In this document: positions 1 to 9,281 of the stretch, one piece after another | Numbering within the stretch: position 1 is the stretch's first letter | Layout of the letters: the number at the start of each line of letters is the position of its first letter | NCBI GenBank assembly: GCA_965205505.1 | Contig: CBDBHB010000008.1 | Span: forward strand, 736,001 to 800,000 | Direction of reading: 5' to 3' | DNA length: 64,000 nucleotides | Origin: Acidobacteriota bacterium | GTDB taxonomy: Bacteria > Acidobacteriota > UBA890 > WLXD01 | The notes under the pieces: generated by a model | Told to the model about the DNA's origin: nothing | What the model saw: only the letters and a program-made list of their open reading frames with translations | Database searches by the model: none | Made by a program: the position numbers and the translations under genes

Positions 1-267
1 CAGGCGCTCGGCGTCCGGCCCGCCAATCTCGATCGGGTGCTCCGGGACGTCGTAGAGCACCGCCTCACGCCGTAGCTTCCAGTAGTTGACCACCGGATCG
101 TCGCCGATCGCCTCGATCGCGAGGCGGCCGCTGTAGACGCTGTACACAGTGTCCGGCGTCCGCGTGCAGGGGAAGAACGGAGTCCGCGCGAACCCCCACT
201 CCATCAGCTTGATATCGGGCTCGAGGTTCTGCGGGTCAGCGTGGGTTGCCCGATCTTGGTCGCTCAT
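1..267 (-). CDS. GcvT/DmdA-like aminomethyltransferase family protein, 5' part only (runs off window start)
   Basis: Not in ORF track. ATG at 267 overlaps the stop of the upstream paralog (ATGA). Translates MSDQDRATHADPQNL...TPFFPCTRTPDTVYSVYSGRLAIEAIGDDPVVNYWKLRREAVLYDVPEHPIEIGGPDAERL, colinear with the 264-1448 protein. Confidence 0.8.
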   Translation of the reverse strand, partial: MSDQDRATHADPQNLEPDIKLMEWGFARTPFFPCTRTPDTVYSVYSGRLAIEAIGDDPVVNYWKLRREAVLYDVPEHPIEIGGPDAERL

Positions 268-1448
268 CCTTCCGCCCTCGGCCTTTCGGGAATGTTCGTG
301 TCGAGGGCCCGGGAAATCTTCTTCTCGGGGTCGTAGAACGGTAACGAAACCACCTCGGCGTCGTGCAGCTGCCCGTCACTGTCGGACACCGACACGGTGG
401 CGCCGAGCCAATCACCAGGTTCCTTGAACCGAACGTAGCCCGTGCCATGACCCAGGTACGGCGACCAGGCGCTCGTCGTGATCGTGCCGACCGAGTTGCC
501 ACCCTGGAGCACCGCCGAAGCCTGGCTGGGCGCAGCGGTGAGGCACTTGATGCCGAATATCAGCGGCCGCCGATCCGCCGCTGCCAGCGCTTCCTTGCCG
601 ATGAAATCGTCCTTGCTCAGGTCAACGAACTTGCCTATGCCTGCCTGGTAGGGCGTCATTGACTCGTCGAAGTCGCTCTTGTTGTCGAGAATACCTGCCT
701 CGATACGACGGATGTTCATCGAGTCCAGGCCGGTGGCTATGATCTCCTGCCCCTCGCCGGCCTTCAGGATGTGATCCCACAGCGCCGGCCCGTCGACGCC
801 GGGGTCCCGAGTGTAGATCTCCCAACCCATCTCGCTGGTCCAACCGGTGCGCGACAGGTACAGGGGTTGCCCGCCCATGGTGCACTCGGTGACCGCAAAG
901 TAGGCGAAGGGATCGGGGGCACCATCGTCGCAGGCGGCATCGAGCACCTGCATCGCGCGCGGTCCCCCCACCTGCAGCACCCAGGAGCTCGGATCGCTCA
1001 CGTGCACGTCCATGTCCATGCCGTGGGCGATGAGCCAGGTGACAAACTCGCCGTTGGCGAGCACATACCAGAAGCGATCGGGCGCCAATCGCATCAGGAT
1101 GCCGTCCATCAGGGTGCCGCCATCGGGCAGGCAGGCGATCCCGTACCCGCAGCGTCCCGGCATCAACTTCGAAATATCGCGGACAAAGACTTTGTTGAGC
1201 AGGCGCTCGGCGTCGGGTCCGGCGATCTCGATGGGATGTTCCGGAACGTTGTATAAGACCACCTTCTGCCGCAGATTCCAGTACCTCTCCTGCGGATCGT
1301 CGCCGACCGAGACGACGGCCATTCTGCCGCTGTACGGTCCTCCGTAGCGCGTATCAGGACCGTGCGTGCACTCGAAGAAGGGCGTCGGAGCGGCGCCGTG
1401 GAAGTGAAGCGGAGCGATCGATTCAGGGACAGGCCGTTCGTCCGACAT
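264..1448 (-). CDS. GcvT/DmdA-like THF-dependent aminomethyltransferase/demethylase
   Basis: Motifs IEIAGPDA, DGILMRL, LQVGGP, SRTGWTSEMGWEI, RIEAG, GTITTSAWSP, C-terminal LPFYDP. Start placed at MSDERP (1448). Confidence 0.85.
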   Translation of the reverse strand: MSDERPVPESIAPLHFHGAAPTPFFECTHGPDTRYGGPYSGRMAVVSVGDDPQERYWNLRQKVVLYNVPEHPIEIAGPDAERLLNKVFVRDISKLMPGRCGYGIACLPDGGTLMDGILMRLAPDRFWYVLANGEFVTWLIAHGMDMDVHVSDPSSWVLQVGGPRAMQVLDAACDDGAPDPFAYFAVTECTMGGQPLYLSRTGWTSEMGWEIYTRDPGVDGPALWDHILKAGEGQEIIATGLDSMNIRRIEAGILDNKSDFDESMTPYQAGIGKFVDLSKDDFIGKEALAAADRRPLIFGIKCLTAAPSQASAVLQGGNSVGTITTSAWSPYLGHGTGYVRFKEPGDWLGATVSVSDSDGQLHDAEVVSLPFYDPEKKISRALDTNIPERPRAEG

Positions 1449-1549
1449 GGCTTTCTCTCGACATGGGGTAGCAGTGGCAGCAGACTTTATACGGGCCACG
1501 CGCTACGAGACAGCCAGCCGCGCTAGGACTTTTCGGCTGCCGATCGCGG

Positions 1550-2890
1550 TCAGTCGCCGATCGCGATCAAGTGCCGGTCGGCGCGAATGAAGATCTGACC
1601 GTTGGAGATCGCCGGCGACGCGATGACGCGCGCGTCGAGCGGATTGCGGCTCAGCACGCGCGGCGCTTCGCCGGCGGCCACCACGACCGTCTCGCCGGCC
1701 TCGCTGACGAAATACACCTTGCCGTCGCCGGCTACCGGCGAGGCGGAGAAAACCCCGCCGACCCGCTCTTGCCAGATGCGCTCTCCGGTGGCCGCCGCGA
1801 CGGCGCTGACGATGCCGCTACCATTCGACATGTAGACGCGTCCGCGATACAGCAGTACCGACGACACGTACGGCGCCCCGGTGGCAACGCGCCAGAGCAC
1901 GTGGCTGTTGGTGATGTCGCCGCGACCGCCCGTCCGAATCGCCATATAGGGACCGCTTCGGTGGCCGCGACTGGTGTACAGCACCCCGTCGGCGTATGTC
2001 GGCACGCCGATCGGAAAACTGTTGTTCGCACCCGTGTGCCAAAGCAGCTCGCCGCTCGTCGGATCGTAGGCTTCCAGTCGCTGGCTGGCGTTGACGATGA
2101 GCTCGTCGCCATCGGGCCCCGGGACAACGGAGGGCGTGCTGTACGACGTGGTCGATGAGGAACGCCGCACCCGACGCTGCTCCTCGCCCGTGTGCGCATC
2201 GAGCCACAGCAGGTAGACGCTCGGACCGTGGTCGCACTGCAGGATGAGCGAGTCGCCGTAGAGCGTCGGCGAGCTGGCGTGGCCCCAGCCGATGTTGAAG
2301 CTATCGCCACCTTCGTCGAGGGCTCGCTGCCAGACCTGCTCGCCGTTCATGCTCAAGGCAACGATCTGTCCGGTCCCGAACCAGGCGTACACGCGCTCAC
2401 CGTCGGTCACGGGGCTCGGGCTCGCCAGGTTGTGCTTGTCGTGCACCGGAAACAGGCGCCCCTCGGCCTCGATCTGGTGCTCCCATAGCAGCCGCCCGTC
2501 GTGCCGATGAAAAGACGCCACCACGAAGGAAACACGGTTGCCGACTTCCCCCGAGGCTTCTCCCATCAAGAGGTCGCCGCTACCGTCGTCGCCCCGCGAC
2601 AGCGTCGGATGCGAGCCACCCCGACGCGGTACACGCCCGATCTGATAGGTAACGAACACCTGATCGCCCCAGACGATCGGCGAGGAGACCCCCAAGCCGT
2701 GCAGCAGCACCTTCCAGGCGACGTTCTCGTCATCACTCCAGGACGTCGGTAGCGCGATTCCGTCGGCGACCCGCGTACCCGCGGGGCCGCGCCACTGCGG
2801 CCAGTCGGTCGGTGCCACGGTCGCGGGATGGCCGACATGCGCACCCATGAACGCGAACCCGGCTATCAGGATCGCGGCTCGAACCCCCAT
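1550..2890 (-). CDS. PQQ-binding-like (BamB-type) beta-propeller repeat protein, exported
   Basis: Signal-peptide-like N-terminus, DWPQWRGP, repeated SSP/ASP and W-ending propeller blades. Confidence 0.8.
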   Translation of the reverse strand: MGVRAAILIAGFAFMGAHVGHPATVAPTDWPQWRGPAGTRVADGIALPTSWSDDENVAWKVLLHGLGVSSPIVWGDQVFVTYQIGRVPRRGGSHPTLSRGDDGSGDLLMGEASGEVGNRVSFVVASFHRHDGRLLWEHQIEAEGRLFPVHDKHNLASPSPVTDGERVYAWFGTGQIVALSMNGEQVWQRALDEGGDSFNIGWGHASSPTLYGDSLILQCDHGPSVYLLWLDAHTGEEQRRVRRSSSTTSYSTPSVVPGPDGDELIVNASQRLEAYDPTSGELLWHTGANNSFPIGVPTYADGVLYTSRGHRSGPYMAIRTGGRGDITNSHVLWRVATGAPYVSSVLLYRGRVYMSNGSGIVSAVAAATGERIWQERVGGVFSASPVAGDGKVYFVSEAGETVVVAAGEAPRVLSRNPLDARVIASPAISNGQIFIRADRHLIAIGD

Positions 2891-2994
2891 TGCCCGTTCT
2901 CTGCTCAACGCTGTACCTCGTCGTCTTCGCCAACTCGGAAACTGTTCCATGGCAGAGTATCGCGGCTCTGAAGGCCTGTCCGCTAGCTTGAGCA

Positions 2995-4494
2995 ATGATG
3001 TCGCGTACCGACGGTTTCTTCGATCACCCGCGCCAGATCTACACGTTGGCGCACGTATCGCTGTGGCATGTCGCCGCCTACGCGGGATTGATCGGCCATC
3101 TGGTGCTATTCATCACCGCGACACCGCGAGACTACGGATATGGGTGGACCGGCGCCGAGGCCGTACGCCTGTACGGGCTGTTCACCGGCCTGGTCCAGTC
3201 CTCGCCGTTGATCGGCGGCTGGATCGCCGACGCGTTCATCGGCAAGCGTCGGGCAGCGATCCTGGGGTTGTGGCTACAAACCGTACCCATCTTCGTGCTT
3301 GCCGGCGTCGGCACGATCCCGGCGCTCGTCGGCTCCTACTACGACGCGCCGGTCCGGCAAGTGCTGCTGAACGCCGAGGTGCCAATCGCACAACTGACTC
3401 TCGACGAGGCACAGTCCGGGCGCATCGCAGAGGCAGTCGCCAACCTGGCCACGGGCGGCGGCGGCGGTGCCGCGCTGCAATCGGCGGTCGAGGCTGCGTA
3501 CGGAGCAATGACGCTGGCATTCTACGGCTCCCTGTTGGTGTTCATCATCGGGTACGGCCTCCAGGTCCCGACGCTGGCTGCGATGGTCGGACCTCTGTAC
3601 GAGGGATCGAGCGCCAAGCGCGAGGGTGGATACACGCTGTTGTTCATGGCCGCCATGCTCGGCTTCATCATCGGTGCGCTGATTTCCGGCACCATCGCCA
3701 GCCGCATGGGTTGGGTCGAGGGCCTGGCCTCGACAGGCGTGATGATGGCCCTGTCGGCGATTGTGCTGACCCGCATCCAGCTGCCGATCTCGAAGGTTCC
3801 GGAGGCATCGGGAAAGACCGGCGGCGGCCGACCCCTATTCTCGCTCACGCATGGCGAACGCCGTCGAATCGCAGCGATCTGCGCATTGTGTCTTGCCTAC
3901 TTCGTGTTCATCGCCGCCTTCGAGCAGTGGGGCGGCTCGTTCAGCCTGTACGTGCAGAACACAAGCGACCGGGTCGTTGCAGGTTTCGAGGTGCCGACGC
4001 TCTGGATCCACTCGGCGCAAGCGCTATTCGTGATCATCGTCGGCCCCATCATGCTCGCCGTCTGGGCTAGCCTGGAGGGCAGAGGTTTGCACCTGACGCC
4101 ACCGACGAAGATGGCAATCGGGCTGCTGTTCACCGCGTGCGCCTTCCTGATCATGTCGGGGACCCTGCCCTCACGGGGTGGCGACCTGATCACCAAGACT
4201 AGCCTGCTCTGGCCCTTGGCCTACTACTGGGTTGTCACGTTCGGTCAAATGGCGGTGCTACCGATCGGCCAGGCATTCGTGAGCCGGGAAGCCCCCGAGC
4301 GACTGGCGAGCACGATGATGGGGGCGTGGCTTCTATTTGGCGGTGTCGGGATCTGGGTATCCGGACAAATCGGAGCGCTCACCGAACCGTTCGGCATCCG
4401 AGCCGTATACCTCGGCATCGCTGCGGGCACGGCTCTAGCCGCCGTCGTGGCCTTGTCGTTCAGGAAGCGGCTAATGCGTCTGCTCGCGGAGTGA
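2995..4494 (+). CDS. POT/PTR-family peptide transporter (MFS), atypical
   Basis: HPR N-terminus, GGWIAD, LY...KREGGYTLLFM, FEQWGGS, REAPERLASTMMG; many TM segments. Confidence 0.8.
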   Translation: MMSRTDGFFDHPRQIYTLAHVSLWHVAAYAGLIGHLVLFITATPRDYGYGWTGAEAVRLYGLFTGLVQSSPLIGGWIADAFIGKRRAAILGLWLQTVPIFVLAGVGTIPALVGSYYDAPVRQVLLNAEVPIAQLTLDEAQSGRIAEAVANLATGGGGGAALQSAVEAAYGAMTLAFYGSLLVFIIGYGLQVPTLAAMVGPLYEGSSAKREGGYTLLFMAAMLGFIIGALISGTIASRMGWVEGLASTGVMMALSAIVLTRIQLPISKVPEASGKTGGGRPLFSLTHGERRRIAAICALCLAYFVFIAAFEQWGGSFSLYVQNTSDRVVAGFEVPTLWIHSAQALFVIIVGPIMLAVWASLEGRGLHLTPPTKMAIGLLFTACAFLIMSGTLPSRGGDLITKTSLLWPLAYYWVVTFGQMAVLPIGQAFVSREAPERLASTMMGAWLLFGGVGIWVSGQIGALTEPFGIRAVYLGIAAGTALAAVVALSFRKRLMRLLAE

Positions 4495-4539
4495 CGCCGG
4501 CTCCCCAGTCGCCGCCGATCCAGAATCGGAGCGCGCCGT

Positions 4540-5910
4540 TCAGTGCGCCTGCGGCGCCGACAACAGCCCGGCCAGCGACGCCGGGTGATCCGGACTCTTC
4601 ACCACGCCGCCGCCGAGCATCACGAACGACACGCGCTCGAGCACGCTCATGTCCTCGAGCGGGTTGCCGGGCACGGCGATGATGTCGGCGAGCTTGCCGG
4701 GCTCGATGGTGCCGAGCCTGTCCTCCCAGCCCAGCACCTCGGCGCCAACTCGCGTGCCGGCCTGGATCGCCTCCATCGGCGACAGTCCGGCCTCCACGAG
4801 CACCGCGAACTCGCGGGCGAAGACCTCCGCCGGAACAGAGATGCCGCCCAGGTCGATGCCGACGGCGACCTTCACTCCCGCCTCGTGTGCCCGGTCGAGG
4901 GCGGCTAGAAACGCCGGACGATCGTTCTCGACGTAGTCGTTGTTCTTCTCCTGTACGAGCAGCAGGTCGGTGCCGTCGTAGTAGTCGCCGATGTAGATCG
5001 TCGGCACCAGGAACGTGCCGTGCTCGACCATGAGCGCGATCGCCTCGTCGTCGAGGAACGTACCGTGTTCGATCGAGCGGACGCCGGCGCGCACCGCTTG
5101 CTTGATGCCCTCGGCGGCGTGCGCGTGGGCGGCGACGGGAACGCCCAATCGGGCCGCCTCCTCGACCGCAGCGCGCAGCTCTTCGGGACTGAAGGCGACA
5201 TTGCGCGGGTCGTCGCCGACCGACTGGTAGGCACCCGTGACGAGCAGCTTGATCCAGTCGGAGCCGTACTTCACCTCCTGGCGAACGGCCTTGCGAACCT
5301 CCTCGGGCCCGTCGACCACCAGGCCGTCAGCAATCACCGGCTGCTCGGGCGACAGGAAGTTGACGTCGCCGCCACCGCCGGTGATCGAGATGTAGTGCCC
5401 CGCGCCGGCCATTCGCGGGCCGATGAAGATTCCGTCTTCGATCGCCCGGCGGATGTCCTGATTGGCGTAGAAGACGTCCGCATCGCCCATGACCCGAACG
5501 CCGGTCCAGCCGGCCAGCAGATACCGCTGCAGCGCCGCCAGCCCCATGAGGGCCTTGTACGCCGACGAGCCTTGCAGGTGGGCGTTCTGGTAGTCGTCGC
5601 CGTACATCAGCGGGTGCTCGTGGCTGTTGATCATCCCCGGCATGAGCGTGGCCCCGGGAAGCTCGATGATGCGAGCGCCGGGAGGAATCACCTCGCGGCC
5701 ACCGATCGTCGTGATCCGTTCGCCCTCCACCACCACCACGATGTCGGTGCGCGCTTCGGACGCGGTCCCGTCGATCAGCCGGTCGGCGATCAGCGCCGTC
5801 GGCTGTCCCTGCGAGCTCAGCGTGCCGGGCGCAAGTAACAACGCCATCACGGCCACGGCGGCGACAATGGCAGCGGGGCGACGCAACGCAGGCAGGTTGA
5901 CGGTGCTCAT
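4540..5910 (-). CDS. Metal-dependent amidohydrolase (Xaa-Pro dipeptidase-like), exported
   Basis: PGMINSHEH, WIK, AHAH, SIEHG, GTIEPGKLADII motifs; signal peptide. Confidence 0.85.
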   Translation of the reverse strand: MSTVNLPALRRPAAIVAAVAVMALLLAPGTLSSQGQPTALIADRLIDGTASEARTDIVVVVEGERITTIGGREVIPPGARIIELPGATLMPGMINSHEHPLMYGDDYQNAHLQGSSAYKALMGLAALQRYLLAGWTGVRVMGDADVFYANQDIRRAIEDGIFIGPRMAGAGHYISITGGGGDVNFLSPEQPVIADGLVVDGPEEVRKAVRQEVKYGSDWIKLLVTGAYQSVGDDPRNVAFSPEELRAAVEEAARLGVPVAAHAHAAEGIKQAVRAGVRSIEHGTFLDDEAIALMVEHGTFLVPTIYIGDYYDGTDLLLVQEKNNDYVENDRPAFLAALDRAHEAGVKVAVGIDLGGISVPAEVFAREFAVLVEAGLSPMEAIQAGTRVGAEVLGWEDRLGTIEPGKLADIIAVPGNPLEDMSVLERVSFVMLGGGVVKSPDHPASLAGLLSAPQAH

Positions 5911-5983
5911 CGGCTTACTCCAGGCAGTACAGAAGGGTCCCGCAAGAAAACAGCAGGTCCCCGGGGCGAGCAACCCACCGACA

Positions 5984-8302
5984 CTAGAAGAAGCCGAACG
6001 AGAAGGTCATCTTGCCCACCACGGACTGGTCCATGGGGCCCACGAAGCCACCGTCGTACCGACGCGCCTGGCGGTACACGAGGTAGAAGTTGTCGCCGAT
6101 GCGGTAGATGTACCGCAGCCGGGCGAACATCTCGAACTCCTCGGTGACGCTGTTGTACTGCGCCAGCGCGTCGGTCAGCACCCGCTCCGAGAACGACACC
6201 TCGGCTCGGACGCGAGCGATATTGCTGGTGAAGGAGCCCGCCGGGAGATCCACTTTGTTGTAGCTGAACTCGGGACGCAGCGTGAAGTTCTCGCTGAACC
6301 GGATCGTCATCTGCGGCGTCGCCGAGAAACGGTCGCCGTCGTAGAACTCCCCGACCTCGACGAAGGTGCTCAGGCTGACCTTGCGGGCAGCATTGGTGAA
6401 GATCCCCAGGAAGAGCTGGCGGAACCTGTACTCACCCGGGGGAATCGCCACGTCGGGGTGAAGGCGAAGCGGAACGTCGAGGCGCTCGAACTTGCGCTCG
6501 TAGCTGAAGATGAAGCTGTCCCCTGACTCCAGCTCTGGCCGTAGGTCGAAGAAGTTCCGCTGGGAGATCAAGCGGCCATCGAGGTCGTGGAACGTCTGGT
6601 GGTGGCCGACGAATCGAACCTGCCGCAACCAGGGGAGGCTGGCCGGGCGCGGTTTGAACTGCCCGTCGTAGCGCTGATACAAGACATCGCGCCGCAGGAT
6701 GAAACCGAGATCGTTGCGGAAGTCGGGCTCGATACGAGTCACGTCGGCGGTCAGCTCCACCAGGTCGCTGTTGTAATCGCCGCGCGCCTGCCCCGCCCAG
6801 GAGCGCCCCTCGGACCGGCCGTCCTCCGACTGCACCGCAAAGCCGGAGAGGTTGAGGTTGCCGAACTGAAAGCTCGCATCAGCCCCGTACACGCGGTTAA
6901 AGTCGTCGCCCTGGCCCTCGACGTTGATGCCGATCACGCCGATGCTCGAGCGCGACAACACGTCCTGACGCCAGCGCAACACCGAGTAGTTGCTCCCCTC
7001 CCCGAACGCCGAGTCAGCCGTCTTGACGTTCAAGAGCCCTACATTGCCACCGCCGATCCGGCCGGTGATCTTGGTGCCGTAGTCGATCGGCAGCGGCCGC
7101 CCGGCATCGTCCAGGCCGATGTTGCGCGAGTGGTACATGCGGATGACCGGCGGTCCGAAGGCTCCGCGACGCTGGGGACCGAAGGCGAAGTTGTTCGCCG
7201 CCTCCAGAAAGAACTCGCGCTTCTCCGGAAAGAACAGCGTATCGCGTGTGAGGTTGACGCGCTGGTCGTCTACCTCCACCTGAGCGAAATCGGTGTTGTA
7301 GGTAAGCTGCGCCGTCAGGTTCGAGGTCAGCTTGATCTTGAAGTCCTCGATTCCCCAGTCAGCGCGAGTGTCGGAGAACGGATCGGCGCGACGCTCGAAC
7401 GAATCCCAAGTACCGGTGACGTAGGGCTTGAGGCGAAAGCGTTCCTTGAGGTGCAGGTTTTCGAGGCCTATAAGCTGACCGGCGCGAGAGACGGCGATGA
7501 ACTCGTAGTCGCGTGAGATGTTCGACCACAGCACCTCCTCGTTCTTGCGGCGGATATCACGCCGTAGGTCCATGCCCCAGACTGAGCTGTCGGTGCTGTA
7601 GCGCAAGATCGCCCAGGGAATAGCCAGCTCCGCCTCCCAGCCGCGCTCGGTAATCTGCGCCGCGGCGTCCCAGCGCTCGTCCCAGTTGGTGTTCACCAAG
7701 CTCTCGCCTCGAACCGTGGCATCGAACTTGGTGCCCAGCGCGTTGACCGCGAACAGGAAGGCATTGCGACCGTCGTGGTAGGTGTCTAGCACCACGGCGA
7801 TGGTGTCGTCCGACTGCTGGTTGTCGATCAAGCTAGCGCCGAAGGTGCCGATGTTGAGGCTGTCCCGGCGGAGCTGGGTGGCCCGGATGCCGCCGGGATC
7901 AGTGTCGTAGAGCACGAAGCTCAAATACAGATTGTCGTCGTCGTAGAGCACCCGGGCTTCGGTTCTCTCGGATGGCTCACCGCCCTCGCGCGGCTCGCGC
8001 TGGCGGAAGTCGCTGATGACGGTGGCAGTCTCCCAGATGGGCTCGTCTACGCGTCCATCGAGGATCGGGGCCTCGTCGGTCCAGGTGGCGGTCGCCGTCT
8101 TGTCGCCAGGCGCGTGTTCAGTCGGCCCCTGCGGGCCGATCATTCGTACCGGGATCTGGCGTTGCTGCTGCGTCCCGCTCGCCGGCCGGCCAGGCTTCTC
8201 GCCGGGCAACGCGATGGCGTCGCCCGCCACCGACACCGCCGACCAACCGACCACAAGAATCGACGCCAAGGCAAAGTGCCCACGGGGCGTGAATTGGCTC
8301 AC
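5984..8302 (-). CDS. CBM9-like/DUF5916 outer-membrane protein
   Basis: PILDGRVDE, GWEAELAIP, NTDFAQVEVD, FFPEKREFFLE; beta-barrel-like C-terminus ending in F. Start at GTG 8302 inferred. Confidence 0.75.
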   Translation of the reverse strand: MSQFTPRGHFALASILVVGWSAVSVAGDAIALPGEKPGRPASGTQQQRQIPVRMIGPQGPTEHAPGDKTATATWTDEAPILDGRVDEPIWETATVISDFRQREPREGGEPSERTEARVLYDDDNLYLSFVLYDTDPGGIRATQLRRDSLNIGTFGASLIDNQQSDDTIAVVLDTYHDGRNAFLFAVNALGTKFDATVRGESLVNTNWDERWDAAAQITERGWEAELAIPWAILRYSTDSSVWGMDLRRDIRRKNEEVLWSNISRDYEFIAVSRAGQLIGLENLHLKERFRLKPYVTGTWDSFERRADPFSDTRADWGIEDFKIKLTSNLTAQLTYNTDFAQVEVDDQRVNLTRDTLFFPEKREFFLEAANNFAFGPQRRGAFGPPVIRMYHSRNIGLDDAGRPLPIDYGTKITGRIGGGNVGLLNVKTADSAFGEGSNYSVLRWRQDVLSRSSIGVIGINVEGQGDDFNRVYGADASFQFGNLNLSGFAVQSEDGRSEGRSWAGQARGDYNSDLVELTADVTRIEPDFRNDLGFILRRDVLYQRYDGQFKPRPASLPWLRQVRFVGHHQTFHDLDGRLISQRNFFDLRPELESGDSFIFSYERKFERLDVPLRLHPDVAIPPGEYRFRQLFLGIFTNAARKVSLSTFVEVGEFYDGDRFSATPQMTIRFSENFTLRPEFSYNKVDLPAGSFTSNIARVRAEVSFSERVLTDALAQYNSVTEEFEMFARLRYIYRIGDNFYLVYRQARRYDGGFVGPMDQSVVGKMTFSFGFF

Positions 8303-8460
8303 AGCTCGCTTCCGCTGAAGGGAACATCGTCCGCACCTCCGGTGCGCTCCCAGCCCACCAGGCAGGCCAACGAATTGAATCACGCAGGCCTACGCGCCGT
8401 GCCGGGGACGGGCCGCAGATGACCGCTCGTTGCTGGTAGTCTCACCCCCGGAGGATCGAG

Positions 8461-9279
8461 ATGACCGAAACGACCAACGAACGCCGAATTGCTGTCATCG
8501 GGCTCGGCAAGCTCGGTGGGATCCTGCTGCGCAGTTTCCTGGACAAGGGTCTGGTGGCAGCGCAGAACGTGCACGCGACCGTGCACCACGAGAACAACGC
8601 CGAGCTGCGTACCGCGCGCTTCGGTGTGCGGGTATCGACCGACAACCTGAGCGCTGCAGAAGATGCCGATATTGTCTTGTTATGCGTCAAGCCGGCAGCG
8701 GTGCGTGCGGTATGCGAGCAAATCGCCCCAGTCATCGACCGCAAGCTGCTGATCTCGGTGGCGGCATCGGTGCCGACGAGCCTCATCGAAGAGGTCTTCG
8801 ACGATGTCCCGGTGGTACGCGCGATGTCCGGGACGCCAGCGGCTATCGGTGCGGCGATGACCGGCCTCTGCGCTGGCAGCCACGCCACCGACGAGCACAT
8901 GGCGTTGGCGCGAACCCTTTTTGACTCCGTTGGCCGCACCGCCGTCCTCGACGAGAAGCACATGGACGCGGTTACCGGCTTGTCCGCCAGCGGTCCGGCG
9001 TTCATCTACGTCATCATCGAGTCGCTCGCCGAGGCCGGCGTCAAGGTCGGGCTGCCGCGAGACGTCGCTACCACGCTGGCCGCCCAGGCCACGCTAGGCG
9101 CCGCCGGAATGGTGCTGGAGACGGGTAACCACCCGGCGCTGCTGAAAGACGAGGTCACCACGCCGGCGGGTTGTACCATCGACGGGTTACTGGAGCTTGA
9201 GAACGGCGGTCTGCGCGTGACCCTCATCAAGGCGGTGGTCAAGGCGACCGAGCGCGCCGGCGAACTCAAGGACCAATAG
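8461..9279 (+). CDS. proC: Pyrroline-5-carboxylate reductase
   Basis: GLGKLG, LCVKP, LSASGPAF, VTTPAGCTIDGL motifs; GGAGGA upstream. Confidence 0.9.
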   Translation: MTETTNERRIAVIGLGKLGGILLRSFLDKGLVAAQNVHATVHHENNAELRTARFGVRVSTDNLSAAEDADIVLLCVKPAAVRAVCEQIAPVIDRKLLISVAASVPTSLIEEVFDDVPVVRAMSGTPAAIGAAMTGLCAGSHATDEHMALARTLFDSVGRTAVLDEKHMDAVTGLSASGPAFIYVIIESLAEAGVKVGLPRDVATTLAAQATLGAAGMVLETGNHPALLKDEVTTPAGCTIDGLLELENGGLRVTLIKAVVKATERAGELKDQ

Positions 9280-9281
9280 CC

